Positions 10,993-21,256 of a stretch of DNA of 64,000 nt are shown here, in pieces; positions within the stretch are counted from its first letter, which is position 1; each line of letters begins with the position of its first letter. The notes beneath the pieces are model-generated. The model was not told where the DNA came from. It did no database searches and saw nothing but the letters and a program-made list of their open reading frames with translations. Origin of the DNA: a bacterium (GTDB taxonomy: Bacteria > Patescibacteriota > Microgenomatia > UBA1406 > GWC2-37-13); NCBI GenBank assembly GCA_021825445.1, contig JAKAHA010000005.1:21316-85315 (forward strand). Reading direction: 5' to 3'. Made by a program: the position numbers and the translations under genes.

Positions 10993-11021
10993 TTTATAAT
11001 TTAATGAATGTTTCTTGTCAA
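10993..11021 (-). promoter_or_regulatory. sigma70 promoter for the LTD/CAP operon
   Basis: Minus strand TTGACA-17 bp-TATAAA. Confidence 0.6.
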
Positions 11022-11100
11022 TCGTTTATAACCTACAAAATCACTCAATCGGACCAATAGAAAGCCATTATTAAGTCGATATATATTAAGGTTGTACTCG

Positions 11101-11126
11101 TCCCGCGAAGCTTTAGCGAAGTGGGA
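11101..11126. repeat. Intergenic hairpin related to family A
   Basis: TCCCGCGAAGCTTTAGCGAAGTGGGA. Confidence 0.6.
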
Positions 11127-11159
11127 TAACACGGAAAAAAATGATGATATACAAAGTTA

Positions 11160-12347
11160 TTATTGAGGTACAACTTTTCTTATTTCAAATATACTTCCTA
11201 CAGAATAATGACTAGTGAATGAAATTCTATGTCCATTTTCGATATATGGATCATGCATGACATAGTCTCCATTTGATCCGCTTATTAATACAACGAAATG
11301 AGTTCCACCATAAGCACGAACTCCAACGACGACTGGATTTCCAGATGAAAGAGTATCATCTATATATGCTCCGACTCGTGAAGTTGTTAATCCATCAGCA
11401 GAAATAGTATATTCTAGATAGGCGGGGTAGTATGAAGCAAAATTATTTGGATTAGAATTAATTGTTTGAGGATTAACACTTCTTCTTCCCAAATGAGTAT
11501 AAACCATCGCCATTGAAGTGACTAGACAACCATCACTTGCCAAAGTGTACCCAGTTCCATTTAGAGAATTTGCTCCCCACTGGCTATCTCTTTGACTATA
11601 ATAACAACCCCAATCATCACAAGATGTTTGATTGCTTAAAAGCGAAGATCCTCCCTGACCTTGTACAAAGCGTCCAAACGATGCCAACTGCTCTTGAGCT
11701 TGAGATAAAAGTCTCTGATAAGTAGCCTCATCGCTTTGAGTACTTGATAATAATCTTTGTTTTTGACTTCGTTGATTATCAAGAGCCTGTTTTTGATAGC
11801 TGAGCGTTTCATTCAATTTGTCCAACTCAATTTTTTTTTGTTCTCTTAGTTTTTTTTGTTCTTCGGCATTTGTCTTTGTTTCTTGAACCGTATAAAGAAG
11901 TTTTTGATTATTATTTTGAGCGCTTTTAAGATATTTAATTCGAGTTAAGAAATCACTGGCACCTTGACTATCCAAAAGAAGGGAAATAACTGAGAGAGGT
12001 TTTTTTTTATAGCCAATAACTATTCTTTGAATAAGTTGTTTAGATAAATAATCTAAAGATTGATCCAAGCCTTCGATTCTTGAGCCTAATAAATCAATTT
12101 CTTTTCCAGTGCTAACAATTTTTTGTTCCGTTTGATTTATCTGCAATGCTGTCAAATATATCTGAGTATCCATATATTGGATTTGTGAAGATAGTGTGTT
12201 TTTTTGTTGCTTCAATTCTTGGAGTTTTGTTTGGTATTCGCTAATTTTTTTTTCAAGATCAGATTTATTATCTTGGGCAAAAACGGATTCAGTAATATAG
12301 CAATTTAACAATATGACAATCAATAAAAAAAACGTTTTCAATTTCAT
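11160..12347 (-). CDS. PcsB-like coiled-coil plus C39-like peptidase domain (FtsEX-associated cell-wall hydrolase)
   Basis: Signal peptide, long coiled coil, YSQRD..W, GCLVTSMAM (Cys), HFVVL (His), HDP (Asp); follows ftsX. Confidence 0.8.
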   Translation of the reverse strand: MKLKTFFLLIVILLNCYITESVFAQDNKSDLEKKISEYQTKLQELKQQKNTLSSQIQYMDTQIYLTALQINQTEQKIVSTGKEIDLLGSRIEGLDQSLDYLSKQLIQRIVIGYKKKPLSVISLLLDSQGASDFLTRIKYLKSAQNNNQKLLYTVQETKTNAEEQKKLREQKKIELDKLNETLSYQKQALDNQRSQKQRLLSSTQSDEATYQRLLSQAQEQLASFGRFVQGQGGSSLLSNQTSCDDWGCYYSQRDSQWGANSLNGTGYTLASDGCLVTSMAMVYTHLGRRSVNPQTINSNPNNFASYYPAYLEYTISADGLTTSRVGAYIDDTLSSGNPVVVGVRAYGGTHFVVLISGSNGDYVMHDPYIENGHRISFTSHYSVGSIFEIRKVVPQ

Positions 12348-12354
12348 GATTTAA

Positions 12355-13251
12355 TTATACCTTTAGATATTTGTTAGTGGCGATATAAGAGGCAACCGAA
12401 GAAATAATGGCTCCAAATAAAGATATCGAAACAAAAACAATCATGAAGAAAATGTAATTTAAAGGCCAGATAATTAATTGATAATTAAAAACATCAACAG
12501 ATAAGGTCGTTACACCACGAAGGTATGATTGCAAAAACGGACTGAAATACAGGACTATCATAGAAAAAATACTAAAAGATAGAATCGAAGCAGACATTCC
12601 TAAAAATAAACTTTCCATAATATAAGGTTTTCTGATGTAAAAATTAGTAGCACCGATTAATCTTAATAAGATTATCTCACTTTCTTTAAGAGCAATTTTA
12701 AAAAGTATCATTGTTGTCAAAACAATAATTGACATAAGGATTAGGTAGCTAAAAAAAATAAGCGCAGTCATTCTTATGGTGTTTGTCAAAGATAGTAATT
12801 TATCAATAATGTCTTTCTCGTACTGGACTTCGTCAATATCTCCTTGTTTTTTTAAATATTCAGCGATTTCCGGAAGATAGATTGGTTTTTTTGCATAGAT
12901 TTCAAGAGATGGAGGGAGAATATTTGCCGAGACCATCTCAAGAAGTAGAGGATTATCCTTATTATCTTTTTTATAAATATTAAAAGCATCGTTTTTTGAT
13001 ATATATTTGATGCTCAAAACTTTTCCAGAATTCATGAGTTCCTCACGGACTTTAAATATTTGAGCCTCCTCAGTTTTATTTTGAAAATAAACAGTTACCT
13101 GAGGTTTTGTTTCTAGATACCCTAAAGTTCCGTAAAGAAAAGTTAGGGAAACAAATAATATCAGCGTTAAAAATAAAGTAAAAAATAAGACCAAAAAAGC
13201 AGACAGTGATTGATATGGGGTTCTTCTAATTGCGGTCCAGATTTGTTTCAT
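12355..13251 (-). CDS. ftsX: Cell division permease FtsX
   Basis: 1+3 TM layout, KYISKNDA, EIILLRLIGAT..YIRKPY..E; 4-bp overlap with ftsE. Confidence 0.9.
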   Translation of the reverse strand: MKQIWTAIRRTPYQSLSAFLVLFFTLFLTLILFVSLTFLYGTLGYLETKPQVTVYFQNKTEEAQIFKVREELMNSGKVLSIKYISKNDAFNIYKKDNKDNPLLLEMVSANILPPSLEIYAKKPIYLPEIAEYLKKQGDIDEVQYEKDIIDKLLSLTNTIRMTALIFFSYLILMSIIVLTTMILFKIALKESEIILLRLIGATNFYIRKPYIMESLFLGMSASILSFSIFSMIVLYFSPFLQSYLRGVTTLSVDVFNYQLIIWPLNYIFFMIVFVSISLFGAIISSVASYIATNKYLKV

Positions 13252-13925
13252 AGGTCGTATCCTCCTTTTCTTTGGTCTTTAATTATCTTACCTTCTTTCA
13301 AAACCAACACTCTTTTTTGAAATGAATTGACAATATCCGTATTGTGAGTTGCAATGATAATAGTCTTTTTTCCTTCAAGTTTTTTAAATATTTTCATAAT
13401 ATCCCAAGAAGTTTTCGGGTCAAGATTTCCGGTTGGCTCATCGGCAATAATAATATCGCGATCTCCAATTATAGCTCGTGCAATTGCGACTCGTTGCAAT
13501 TCTCCAGCCGATAATTGAATTGGAAAAACGAATTCTTTTTTAGTTAAGCCGACGAGTTCAAGAGTTTTTTTTACCTCTGTTTTTATCTCTAAACTATCGA
13601 TTCCAACAACTTTTAGACTAACAGCGATATTTTCAAAAACATTTTTATCGCTTAAAACTTTAAAGTCCTGAAAAATAATTCCAATTTTACGACGCAACTC
13701 AATAATTTGTGAAAAATTTTTATCAGTCAGATCAAAATCATCAACAATTATTGAGCCACTAGTCGGGTTTATTTCCTTCGTGATCATTTTTAGAATACTG
13801 GTTTTTCCTGCTCCTGATTGACCGACTAAAAAGACGAATTGATTATCATCAATCTCAAAAGAAATATCATTTAAGGCAGTATTACCAAGAGGGAATTTTT
13901 TTGTGACCTTATCAAAAACAATCAT
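13248..13925 (-). CDS. ftsE: Cell division ATP-binding protein FtsE
   Basis: [39 protein letters not shown]. Confidence 0.92.
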   Translation of the reverse strand: MIVFDKVTKKFPLGNTALNDISFEIDDNQFVFLVGQSGAGKTSILKMITKEINPTSGSIIVDDFDLTDKNFSQIIELRRKIGIIFQDFKVLSDKNVFENIAVSLKVVGIDSLEIKTEVKKTLELVGLTKKEFVFPIQLSAGELQRVAIARAIIGDRDIIIADEPTGNLDPKTSWDIMKIFKKLEGKKTIIIATHNTDIVNSFQKRVLVLKEGKIIKDQRKGGYDL

Positions 13926-13930
13926 GGGTT

Positions 13931-14057
13931 AAATTCTAAATACTAAATTTCGAGTTCCAAATAAATTCTAAATAATAGGCACTAAATACTAAACTTTAGG
14001 ATTTAATATTTAATTATTTATAATTTATTTGTGATTTGAGATTTGTAATTTGAAATC
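13931..14057. repeat. AT-rich degenerate heptamer array forming an imperfect long hairpin (copy 1)
   Basis: AAAT(N)3 units followed by their complements; shares AAATTTCRAGTTCCAAATAAAT and AATTTATTTGYGATTTGAGATTT with 14525-14633. Confidence 0.7.
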
Positions 14058-14489
14058 TTATTTCTCAATTTCAACTAATCCAACATCCATCAGCCATCCG
14101 GCTTTTTGACCTGAAAAAGTTTGACCCCAAACCTTTACTTTTTTTCCAACATAGACTGATAAATCAACCGTGCTTGAAGTCAAATATGCATTTTGAGAAA
14201 TTCCCCCCGGACGCTCGATATGAAAGTTGCCTTCACCATCAATCCCACCTTCTCGCAGGATCCCTTCTACACTATCTTTAAAAGTTTTTTTATCAATAAC
14301 ACCTGCCGATTTGGCAGAGTCACCAGCTGCTTTACTTGTAATAGTTGTTTTTTTATTTAGGCGAGAAAATCCAAAACCCAAGATAGTACCGATGACAACG
14401 GCCAAAGCAACAAATGTAAAAAAAGAAGAATATGAAACCCCATCAACATCTTTTGAATCAATCGTATGAATCAAATTTTTATTTTCCAT
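14058..14489 (-). CDS. Hypothetical membrane-anchored protein (possible OB-fold-like C-terminus)
   Basis: 143 aa, one TM helix followed by a Gly-rich beta-type domain. Confidence 0.7.
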   Translation of the reverse strand: MENKNLIHTIDSKDVDGVSYSSFFTFVALAVVIGTILGFGFSRLNKKTTITSKAAGDSAKSAGVIDKKTFKDSVEGILREGGIDGEGNFHIERPGGISQNAYLTSSTVDLSVYVGKKVKVWGQTFSGQKAGWLMDVGLVEIEK

Positions 14490-14524
14490 ATGAGTTTAGG
14501 ATAACAACTATTTAAAAAAATTAC

Positions 14525-14633
14525 AAATCCTAAATTTCAAGTTCCAAATAAATAACAAATAATAAACATCAAATATTAATTTGTTTCAAATTTGTTATTT
14601 AGTATTTGAAATTTATTTGCGATTTGAGATTTA
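14525..14633. repeat. AT-rich degenerate heptamer hairpin (copy 2)
   Basis: Aligns by eye with 13931-14057. Confidence 0.7.
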
Positions 14634-15647
14634 TTATTTAGAATTTTTCAAATAGGCTTCGATATATCCATCTATCTCTCCATCAAGTACGCGGTCGGTC
14701 TGGGTTTCTTCGTAATCTGTTCGAAGATCCTTAATTAATTTATATGGGTGAAGGACATACGATCTGATTTGATGCCCCCAAGAAGCCATTGTCTCCGTTT
14801 TAAATCCAGCGATAGTTTTTGCTTTTTTTTCTTGTTCTACTTTCCATAATTTTGCCCGCAAAATTTTCATAGCACTATCTCTGTTTTTACCTTGATCTCT
14901 TTCCGTTTGGCAAGTAATTATAATCCCTGTGGGTTTATGAGTTAAGCGAACTGCAGTTGAAACTTTATTAACATTTTGACCGCCGTGTCCCCCTGATCTA
15001 TAAAATTCCCATTCAACTTCATCATCTCGAACGCTAATTTCTTTATCTTCAATCATGGGTAATACTTCAACAAGTGAAAAAGAAGTTTGTCTAAGTTTAT
15101 CGGCGTTAAAAGGAGATTGGCGGACTAGTCGATGAACTCCTGCTTCGGATTTTAAATGACCATAAACAAATTTTCCGTAGACATTGATAATCGAACTTTT
15201 GATTCCTGCCTCCTCACCTACCACTCTATCAAACTCTTCGAAACGCCACCCTTTTCTTTCAAAATATCGGGTGTACATTCGAAAAAGCATAGACGACCAA
15301 TCCATGGCCTCAGTTCCACCTTGACCGGCGTGAATTGAAAAAACAGCCCCACCTTGGTCATATGGTCCAGAGAGAAAAAGTAGAACTTCATATTTATCAA
15401 TTAATTTTTTTGCCTCTTCAAGTTGGTTTTCGGCAAGTAAAAATTCCATCATTTCTAAATCATCAATTTCTTTTTTTAGTTCAGTAATCTTTTTCATAGT
15501 TTCGCCGGCGATTTTCGGATCACTCCAAAATGATGCTTCATAGCTTTGCTCCTCTAGAGTTTTTAATTCAGCTTTTTTGCCCTCCAAATCAGCTTTGCTA
15601 AGTATCGATTGATATTTTGATTTTAGTTGCTCGGCATCAATTTCCAT
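14634..15647 (-). CDS. prfB: Peptide chain release factor 2 (no programmed frameshift)
   Basis: [19 protein letters not shown] (SPF motif), GGQNVNK, QIRSYV. Start placed at ATG 15647, 7 nt below a TATAAT. Confidence 0.95.
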   Translation of the reverse strand: MEIDAEQLKSKYQSILSKADLEGKKAELKTLEEQSYEASFWSDPKIAGETMKKITELKKEIDDLEMMEFLLAENQLEEAKKLIDKYEVLLFLSGPYDQGGAVFSIHAGQGGTEAMDWSSMLFRMYTRYFERKGWRFEEFDRVVGEEAGIKSSIINVYGKFVYGHLKSEAGVHRLVRQSPFNADKLRQTSFSLVEVLPMIEDKEISVRDDEVEWEFYRSGGHGGQNVNKVSTAVRLTHKPTGIIITCQTERDQGKNRDSAMKILRAKLWKVEQEKKAKTIAGFKTETMASWGHQIRSYVLHPYKLIKDLRTDYEETQTDRVLDGEIDGYIEAYLKNSK

Positions 15648-15663
15648 GGAGTTAATTATACCT

Positions 15664-15687
15664 GTAGTGGCGTGATTTATCACGCCA
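15664..15687. repeat. GTAG-REP-like palindrome
   Basis: GTAGTGGCGTGATTTATCACGCCA. Confidence 0.7.
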
Positions 15688-15699
15688 TAATAATCAATA

Positions 15700-17139
15700 T
15701 TATTTAAAATCACTAGCAAAGATGATCACTGCGTCAGACGCCTCTTTAGCGTCAAGGACAGTGATTTTCGGAGAAGTTACATAATCCTTCAAATCGTCTT
15801 TGATCATATCTCCCAACTGTTTTTTATCACTTTTTATCTGAATTTCCGTTATTGTGTAATCAAAATTTAAAGCATTATCAGTCAAAATTTCCACATAACC
15901 TTTTTTTCTAAGAATTTCCTTTATTTCAGTAGCCTTACCACGAACCCCAGAACCGTTTAAGACTTTTATCTTAACTTCTTCTTTTTTGAAACTTGGTGTT
16001 GGAGTTGGGGATGGCGGAGTCAAAGTAGGAGTAACGATAATTATTTCTTTTTTTGCCATGAAATTTGGTAATTTAAAATTGCTGCTAAATTTAGAAATTA
16101 AGACAAAAAATAAAAATGAAATTACAAAAGAACCAACGAAAAGTAAAACTTCTTTCTTAGGCATGTTAATTTTTGGTATTGAAATTTTACCTTTACTTAC
16201 AAAAGAACCGCCTTTCAATAGGGAAAAGCTTTTATTTTCTTCAGCGAGTATGAATGCTCCAAAGCAAACGTCATAAGTTAAAATTGGAAAAGCCTTTCCA
16301 TCTTTGGGAATTAGCATTTTCAAATAAGTTTCATAAAAAGTCGGGACAATTCTCTTTAATGGATTAGTCCAAACTCCAACAGACTTTGTAAAAGTATCTT
16401 GACGGATAGTATCGGATTTTTCTCCAGAAATTATAATTCGGTTTACTTTCTTCTTTTCAATAGTTATTTCATCAATCTTTGTTTTTAAAACATCAGCTAT
16501 TTTATCGGTTTCGGAATATTTTATTGATATTTTTTTATCATCAATCAGACCGCAAGAGTCAAATAAATATCCACTTAAAACATCGAGTCCTAACTCAGCG
16601 TATAAAATTGTTTCCTTTTTTTCTTTTCGTAAGGTTTTTTCAAACAATTTGAAATATGACATTGTCTCGGGGATGATTGATACTATCTTCAAATTGATTA
16701 AAACAAGTGCTTGTCTGATACTAGTCAAAGTTTCTTGATTGATGCCAAAATAAGTAACGACTTTTTCTTGTTCTGACTCTGTGACAAAGTAATCACTAGC
16801 TAAATCGTTACTGTCGACTGGTAATATCGAACGTGCTTTATCTAAAATAAAAGAATTAAGGGCAGAGGATGCAATATCAGAAGGTACTGTAGTTCGGAAA
16901 AAACTAAAAAATTCCTGGGGCAATATTAGTCCAATTTGATTATCTGCGACTGGTTTGTTTGATGAAGAAATTACTTCTTTAATCGCTGAAGCAAGTAGAT
17001 CTATATTGGTAATCTTACCTTTTTCGAATAAATTAGATTCATACGTTTTTTGATTATAAAGAGTTTCCTGTTGACCAAAGACAGTTTTTTTTAGATAAAG
17101 CAGTTTTATCGTATTACGGTCAAGATAAAGATAGATCAT
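15700..17139 (-). CDS. PilM/FtsA-like cytoplasmic domain, TM helix and LytR C-terminal domain protein
   Basis: N-terminal actin-fold-like strands ([18 protein letters not shown]); C-terminal [14 protein letters not shown]...DAVIIFASD is LytR_C-like. Confidence 0.7.
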   Translation of the reverse strand: MIYLYLDRNTIKLLYLKKTVFGQQETLYNQKTYESNLFEKGKITNIDLLASAIKEVISSSNKPVADNQIGLILPQEFFSFFRTTVPSDIASSALNSFILDKARSILPVDSNDLASDYFVTESEQEKVVTYFGINQETLTSIRQALVLINLKIVSIIPETMSYFKLFEKTLRKEKKETILYAELGLDVLSGYLFDSCGLIDDKKISIKYSETDKIADVLKTKIDEITIEKKKVNRIIISGEKSDTIRQDTFTKSVGVWTNPLKRIVPTFYETYLKMLIPKDGKAFPILTYDVCFGAFILAEENKSFSLLKGGSFVSKGKISIPKINMPKKEVLLFVGSFVISFLFFVLISKFSSNFKLPNFMAKKEIIIVTPTLTPPSPTPTPSFKKEEVKIKVLNGSGVRGKATEIKEILRKKGYVEILTDNALNFDYTITEIQIKSDKKQLGDMIKDDLKDYVTSPKITVLDAKEASDAVIIFASDFK

Positions 17140-17204
17140 ATATAGATACAATATAAAAGATTAAATATTAAATATCAAATAGAAATTAAGTCTAAATTTT
17201 ATAC

Positions 17205-17466
17205 ATGTTTCAATCTATCAATAGATTAAAACATTCGTAATTTATCTATCTCACGATCGTGAAGGAGATACCAAAAAATATTAGAGAAAGCGTACGCTTC
17301 TGTTATTATATTTTGTTGTAGTGGTGTGATTTATCACACCAAAATAATCAATTTAATGAATTATTATTAAATAATGAATCGTTCCACTACAAAAAAAAGC
17401 AAGAACCGTGAACTCTTATAATTTTTTTACACCTGTATCAATATATCAATAGATTGATACATTCGT
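17205..17466. repeat. Cluster of intergenic palindromes
   Basis: ATGTTTCAATCTATCAATAGATTAAAACAT-TCGT (17205-17238); TGTATCAATATATCAATAGATTGATACA-TTCGT (17434-17466); GTAGTGGTGTGATTTATCACACCA (17318-17341) with inverted partner CGTTCCACTACAA (17380-17392). Confidence 0.7.
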
Positions 17467-17469
17467 GAT

Positions 17470-17634
17470 TCAAGAAACTCTTTTTACTTTGCTATCGGGG
17501 AATATTTTGTGAACCTGATACAAAAACATTTTCCACATAACAAAAATTACGCATGGATTACCATGAACATCCTTTCCTTTTATTTTATGTTTTCTAAATG
17601 TGCTCGGCGACTTTGATTTTTTTTCTTTTTCCAT
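17470..17634 (-). CDS. Possible small basic protein (54 aa)
   Basis: Manual translation MEKEKKSKSPSTFRKHKIKGKDVHGNPCVIFVMWKMFLYQVHKIFPDSKVKRVS*; divergent from dnaG; no homology recognised. Confidence 0.3.
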   Translation of the reverse strand: MEKEKKSKSPSTFRKHKIKGKDVHGNPCVIFVMWKMFLYQVHKIFPDSKVKRVS

Positions 17635-17705
17635 AATTATTTAATAATTTAACATTTCTTCTTCTTATCAAGTGTTTTTAGGCTCTAAGTGATAGAATGT
17701 ACTTG

Positions 17706-19475
17706 ATGGAAAACCAGATAGAAGAAATTAAAAGTAAAGTTGATATAGTCGAGTTTATTGGCGGATTTGTCACTTTAAAAAAAGCAGGAAGAAACTTCAA
17801 AGCCGTTTGTCCATTCCACCAAGAAAAAAGTCCCTCATTTGTTATTTCCCCCGATCGAGGAATTTGGCATTGTTTTGGTGCCTGTGGAGAGGGAGGAGAT
17901 GTAATTAAATTTTTAATGAAATGGGAAAATATCACTTTTATAGAGGCTCTAAAAGAGTTAGCTAAAAAAACAGGAGTTAAATTAACTCTCAATAAGATTA
18001 GTTTTGAAGATAAGACTTGGGAGAAAAAAGAAAAATATCTTGGAATGAACCAATTAGCGAGTGAATTTTTTCAATATATCCTAAACAAAACTGATTTTGG
18101 AAAAAAAGCCAGTGAATATTTAAAATCAAGACTTCTAAATAAGGCAATTATTGATAAATTTGGACTTGGTTATTCACCATCTTCCTGGGATTCCTTAAAA
18201 TTATTTTTGAAAAAAAAGAAATACGAAGAAGAGGAAATGTTTGAAAATGGCCTGATAGTCAAAAGCGAGAGAGGTACCTATTATGACCGATTTCGAGGTC
18301 GTCTGATGTTTCCACTTTCAGATAGTCGAAATAACGTTCTTGGTTTTTCAGGAAGGATACTTGAGGGGAGTGAGAAGGAGGCAAAATACGTCAATACTCC
18401 AGAAACCCCAATTTATCATAAACGAGAATGCCTTTTTGGAATTAATTTAGCTCTTGAAGAAATCAAAAAACAAAAGAATGTTTATATCGTTGAGGGCGAA
18501 CTTGATATGATCACCCCATATCAACACGGATACTCAAACTTTGTTGCCATCAAAGGAACAGCTCTCACCAACGAACAGTTAAAACTTCTAAAACGTTACA
18601 CTGACAAAATTACTCTGATGATGGACGCAGATGTTGCCGGTATTGAGTCAATAAAGAGAGGAATCGATGAGGCAGAAAAGTATGATTTTGAAATAAGAGT
18701 TGTCACGATTGATTATGCTAAAGATCCTGATGAAGCAATAAATAAAGACCCCGAAAAATTTAAAAAATTAATTACAAAGCCAATTCCAATTTACGATTTT
18801 TTGATAGACGTGGCTCAAAAAAAATATCCAGAAGATACGGCTTTTGCCAAAAAAAAGATTGGTGAAGAATTGATTCCGATGATTGAGAAAATCAACAATC
18901 CAATTGTTCGGACTTTTTATATTAAGAAAATAGCTGAAATTCTTGAAGTTTCCGAAAATACCGTTGAAAATTTAATCGGTCAATTAAAAAGAAAAAAGTT
19001 TCAACAGTCGCTAAATAAAATTAAATACAATAAGCCTATCGAAGATAATCGAGAATTAATGATTGATAAATATGTATTAAGTATCATGTTTCAAAGTAGC
19101 GATCCAAACAAGATTTATCACAATATCATAGAAATATTAAAACCTGAATATTTTTTAAATCCTTCATATCAAAAGATTGGTCGGTTATTTTTTGAAGAAA
19201 TTCAAAAGCAAGAAAAGATTAATATTAATATCTTTGGTAAAAAATTACCAGATGAACTTCGACCTATATTTGATGAGATATATCTTTATGCCTCGGCAGA
19301 TCATACTCTTGCAAATGAAAGTCTGGATAGATTGGCTTTTGAAATAAAAAAACATTATTTTAAGCGAGAAATTAAAAAGATTTTATCTGAAGAAGAGACT
19401 GAAGATAAGAAAAAACAATTAGTTGAGATCTCTAAAAATTTAAAAGAGGTAGAAAAAACACTTATTTCTTTATAG
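17706..19475 (+). CDS. dnaG: DNA primase
   Basis: Zn finger CPFHQEKSPSF...HCFGAC, DRFRGRLMFP, KYVNTPET, Toprim VEGELD and DAD.AG. Start 7 nt below TGaTAGAAT. Confidence 0.97.
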   Translation: MENQIEEIKSKVDIVEFIGGFVTLKKAGRNFKAVCPFHQEKSPSFVISPDRGIWHCFGACGEGGDVIKFLMKWENITFIEALKELAKKTGVKLTLNKISFEDKTWEKKEKYLGMNQLASEFFQYILNKTDFGKKASEYLKSRLLNKAIIDKFGLGYSPSSWDSLKLFLKKKKYEEEEMFENGLIVKSERGTYYDRFRGRLMFPLSDSRNNVLGFSGRILEGSEKEAKYVNTPETPIYHKRECLFGINLALEEIKKQKNVYIVEGELDMITPYQHGYSNFVAIKGTALTNEQLKLLKRYTDKITLMMDADVAGIESIKRGIDEAEKYDFEIRVVTIDYAKDPDEAINKDPEKFKKLITKPIPIYDFLIDVAQKKYPEDTAFAKKKIGEELIPMIEKINNPIVRTFYIKKIAEILEVSENTVENLIGQLKRKKFQQSLNKIKYNKPIEDNRELMIDKYVLSIMFQSSDPNKIYHNIIEILKPEYFLNPSYQKIGRLFFEEIQKQEKININIFGKKLPDELRPIFDEIYLYASADHTLANESLDRLAFEIKKHYFKREIKKILSEEETEDKKKQLVEISKNLKEVEKTLISL

Positions 19476-19488
19476 AATATAGTACCTT

Positions 19489-20580
19489 ATGTTAAAACAC
19501 CACCTGCCTCGATCGCTTAAAGAATTAATTGGACAAGGAGAAGAAGACGGTTTTTTGGTCCAAGACGATATTTTACTTGTTCTTCCGAATCCTGAAAAAC
19601 ACATCAAAGACATCGATAGTTTTTTTGATGAAGCTTTGAAAAAGGGTATTGATATATTTGAGACAATCTCAACTCGTGAAGAAAGTGAATCGCAAAAGAC
19701 AGTTGAGGAAATTGAAAAAGAGCTTGAGCACCTGGTAGTTTTAAAGCACGGAGAATCACTTGATCCAATAAAGATGTATTTGAAAGAAATAGGAAAAACA
19801 CCACTTCTTAAATTTGCTGATGAAATTGATTTAGCCAAAAAATATGAAAAAGGTGATAAAGAGGCAAAAGATAAGCTAACAAAAGCTAATCTTCGACTCG
19901 TAGTTTCAATTGCTAAAAAATATTTAGGTCGTCGACTATCTTTCTTAGATTTAATTCAAGAGGGTAACAAGGGTTTAATTCGTGGAGTTGAAAAATATGA
20001 TTGGAGACGTGGGTATAAATTTTCAACCTATGCTACTTGGTGGATAAGACAGGCAATCACAAGAGCAATTGCCGATCAGTCTCGTACAATCAGAATTCCT
20101 GTTCATATGGTTGATCATATCAACCGTTTTTATAAAACTCAAAGAAGATTAACTCAAAAATTAGGACGAGAGCCACTAGTTAAAGAGACTGCCAAGGAAA
20201 TGGAGATGACTGTTCCCGAAATTGAAAATTTAATGAAAATTTCCCAGCAACCAAGATCACTGTCTACTCCAGTAGGCGACGATAAAGAAGCAACGCTTGA
20301 ACAATTTGTTGCCGATACTAATCAGCCGTCGCTTTACGATAAAGTGTCACGAGAATTATTGAAAGATGCATTGAATAAAGTTTTAGAAACTTTATCACCA
20401 AGAGAAAAAAAAGTGTTAATGATGCGATTTGGACTTGAAGACGGAAAACCAAAGACACTCGAGGAAGTTGGGAAAGAGTTTAAAGTAACACGAGAAAGAA
20501 TTCGTCAGATTGAAGCCAAGGCTATCCGCAAACTTAAACATCCAACAAGGGCTCGCAAATTAAAAGATTTTCTGGAATAA
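19489..20580 (+). CDS. rpoD: RNA polymerase primary sigma factor
   Basis: [54 protein letters not shown]; follows dnaG. Confidence 0.96.
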   Translation: MLKHHLPRSLKELIGQGEEDGFLVQDDILLVLPNPEKHIKDIDSFFDEALKKGIDIFETISTREESESQKTVEEIEKELEHLVVLKHGESLDPIKMYLKEIGKTPLLKFADEIDLAKKYEKGDKEAKDKLTKANLRLVVSIAKKYLGRRLSFLDLIQEGNKGLIRGVEKYDWRRGYKFSTYATWWIRQAITRAIADQSRTIRIPVHMVDHINRFYKTQRRLTQKLGREPLVKETAKEMEMTVPEIENLMKISQQPRSLSTPVGDDKEATLEQFVADTNQPSLYDKVSRELLKDALNKVLETLSPREKKVLMMRFGLEDGKPKTLEEVGKEFKVTRERIRQIEAKAIRKLKHPTRARKLKDFLE

Positions 20581-20587
20581 TATCTTT

Positions 20588-21256
20588 ATGAAAGATAATA
20601 AGGTGACCCCGACTCAAAAGGCTTTAAATCTTTGGGCGGTGATCCTCATTGTTTGGAGTATCTACAGAACTTATTTAAAACTTCCTGAATGGTTTGATGA
20701 ATTTATTGCCAAGCCTTTAGTTTTTGTTCTTCCTATATTTTATTACGTTAAAAAAGTCGAAAAAAAAGAAATTTTTTCAGCTTTGTTTATTAATCGTAAT
20801 TTTAAAAGTTTTATTAAGGAATTTTTTATTAGTTTCGGGGTTGGGATTATTCTTCTATTAACGGCATTGTTTTCCGTGTATCTAAGATCTAATAAAATTA
20901 GTTTGTTTACCAATTTTCCAAACATTAGTCAATTTGGGCTAATTATTTTTACTGCACTGGCTACAGGAATAACTGAAGAAATTTTATCAAGGGGATTTGT
21001 ATTAAAGAGACTTTATGAAGAATCAAAAAACGCCTATACGTCATCTTTTTTCGCCAGTATCTTATTCTTTTTTCTCCATGTTCCTATTCTTTTTGTAAAC
21101 AATAGAATTAACGGACAGATGTTGCTTATGTTTATGGTTATGGATTTATTTTTAAGTATGGTTAATGGTTTAATAATGATTCAAAGAAAAAGCCTAACTG
21201 TTCCGATTTTGATTCATGCTTTTTATAACGTAGTTGTTGCACTTTCTTTTATATAA
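20588..21256 (+). CDS. CPBP/CAAX-family intramembrane metalloprotease
   Basis: EEILSRG, FFFLH, ILIHAFYN. Confidence 0.85.
   Translation: MKDNKVTPTQKALNLWAVILIVWSIYRTYLKLPEWFDEFIAKPLVFVLPIFYYVKKVEKKEIFSALFINRNFKSFIKEFFISFGVGIILLLTALFSVYLRSNKISLFTNFPNISQFGLIIFTALATGITEEILSRGFVLKRLYEESKNAYTSSFFASILFFFLHVPILFVNNRINGQMLLMFMVMDLFLSMVNGLIMIQRKSLTVPILIHAFYNVVVALSFI

Noticed and set aside
15648..15719. N-terminal extension or programmed frameshift of prfB
   Set aside because: The extension is read through a REP palindrome and overlaps the next gene. The ORF from ATG 15647 is continuous, with no CTT-TGA shift site.
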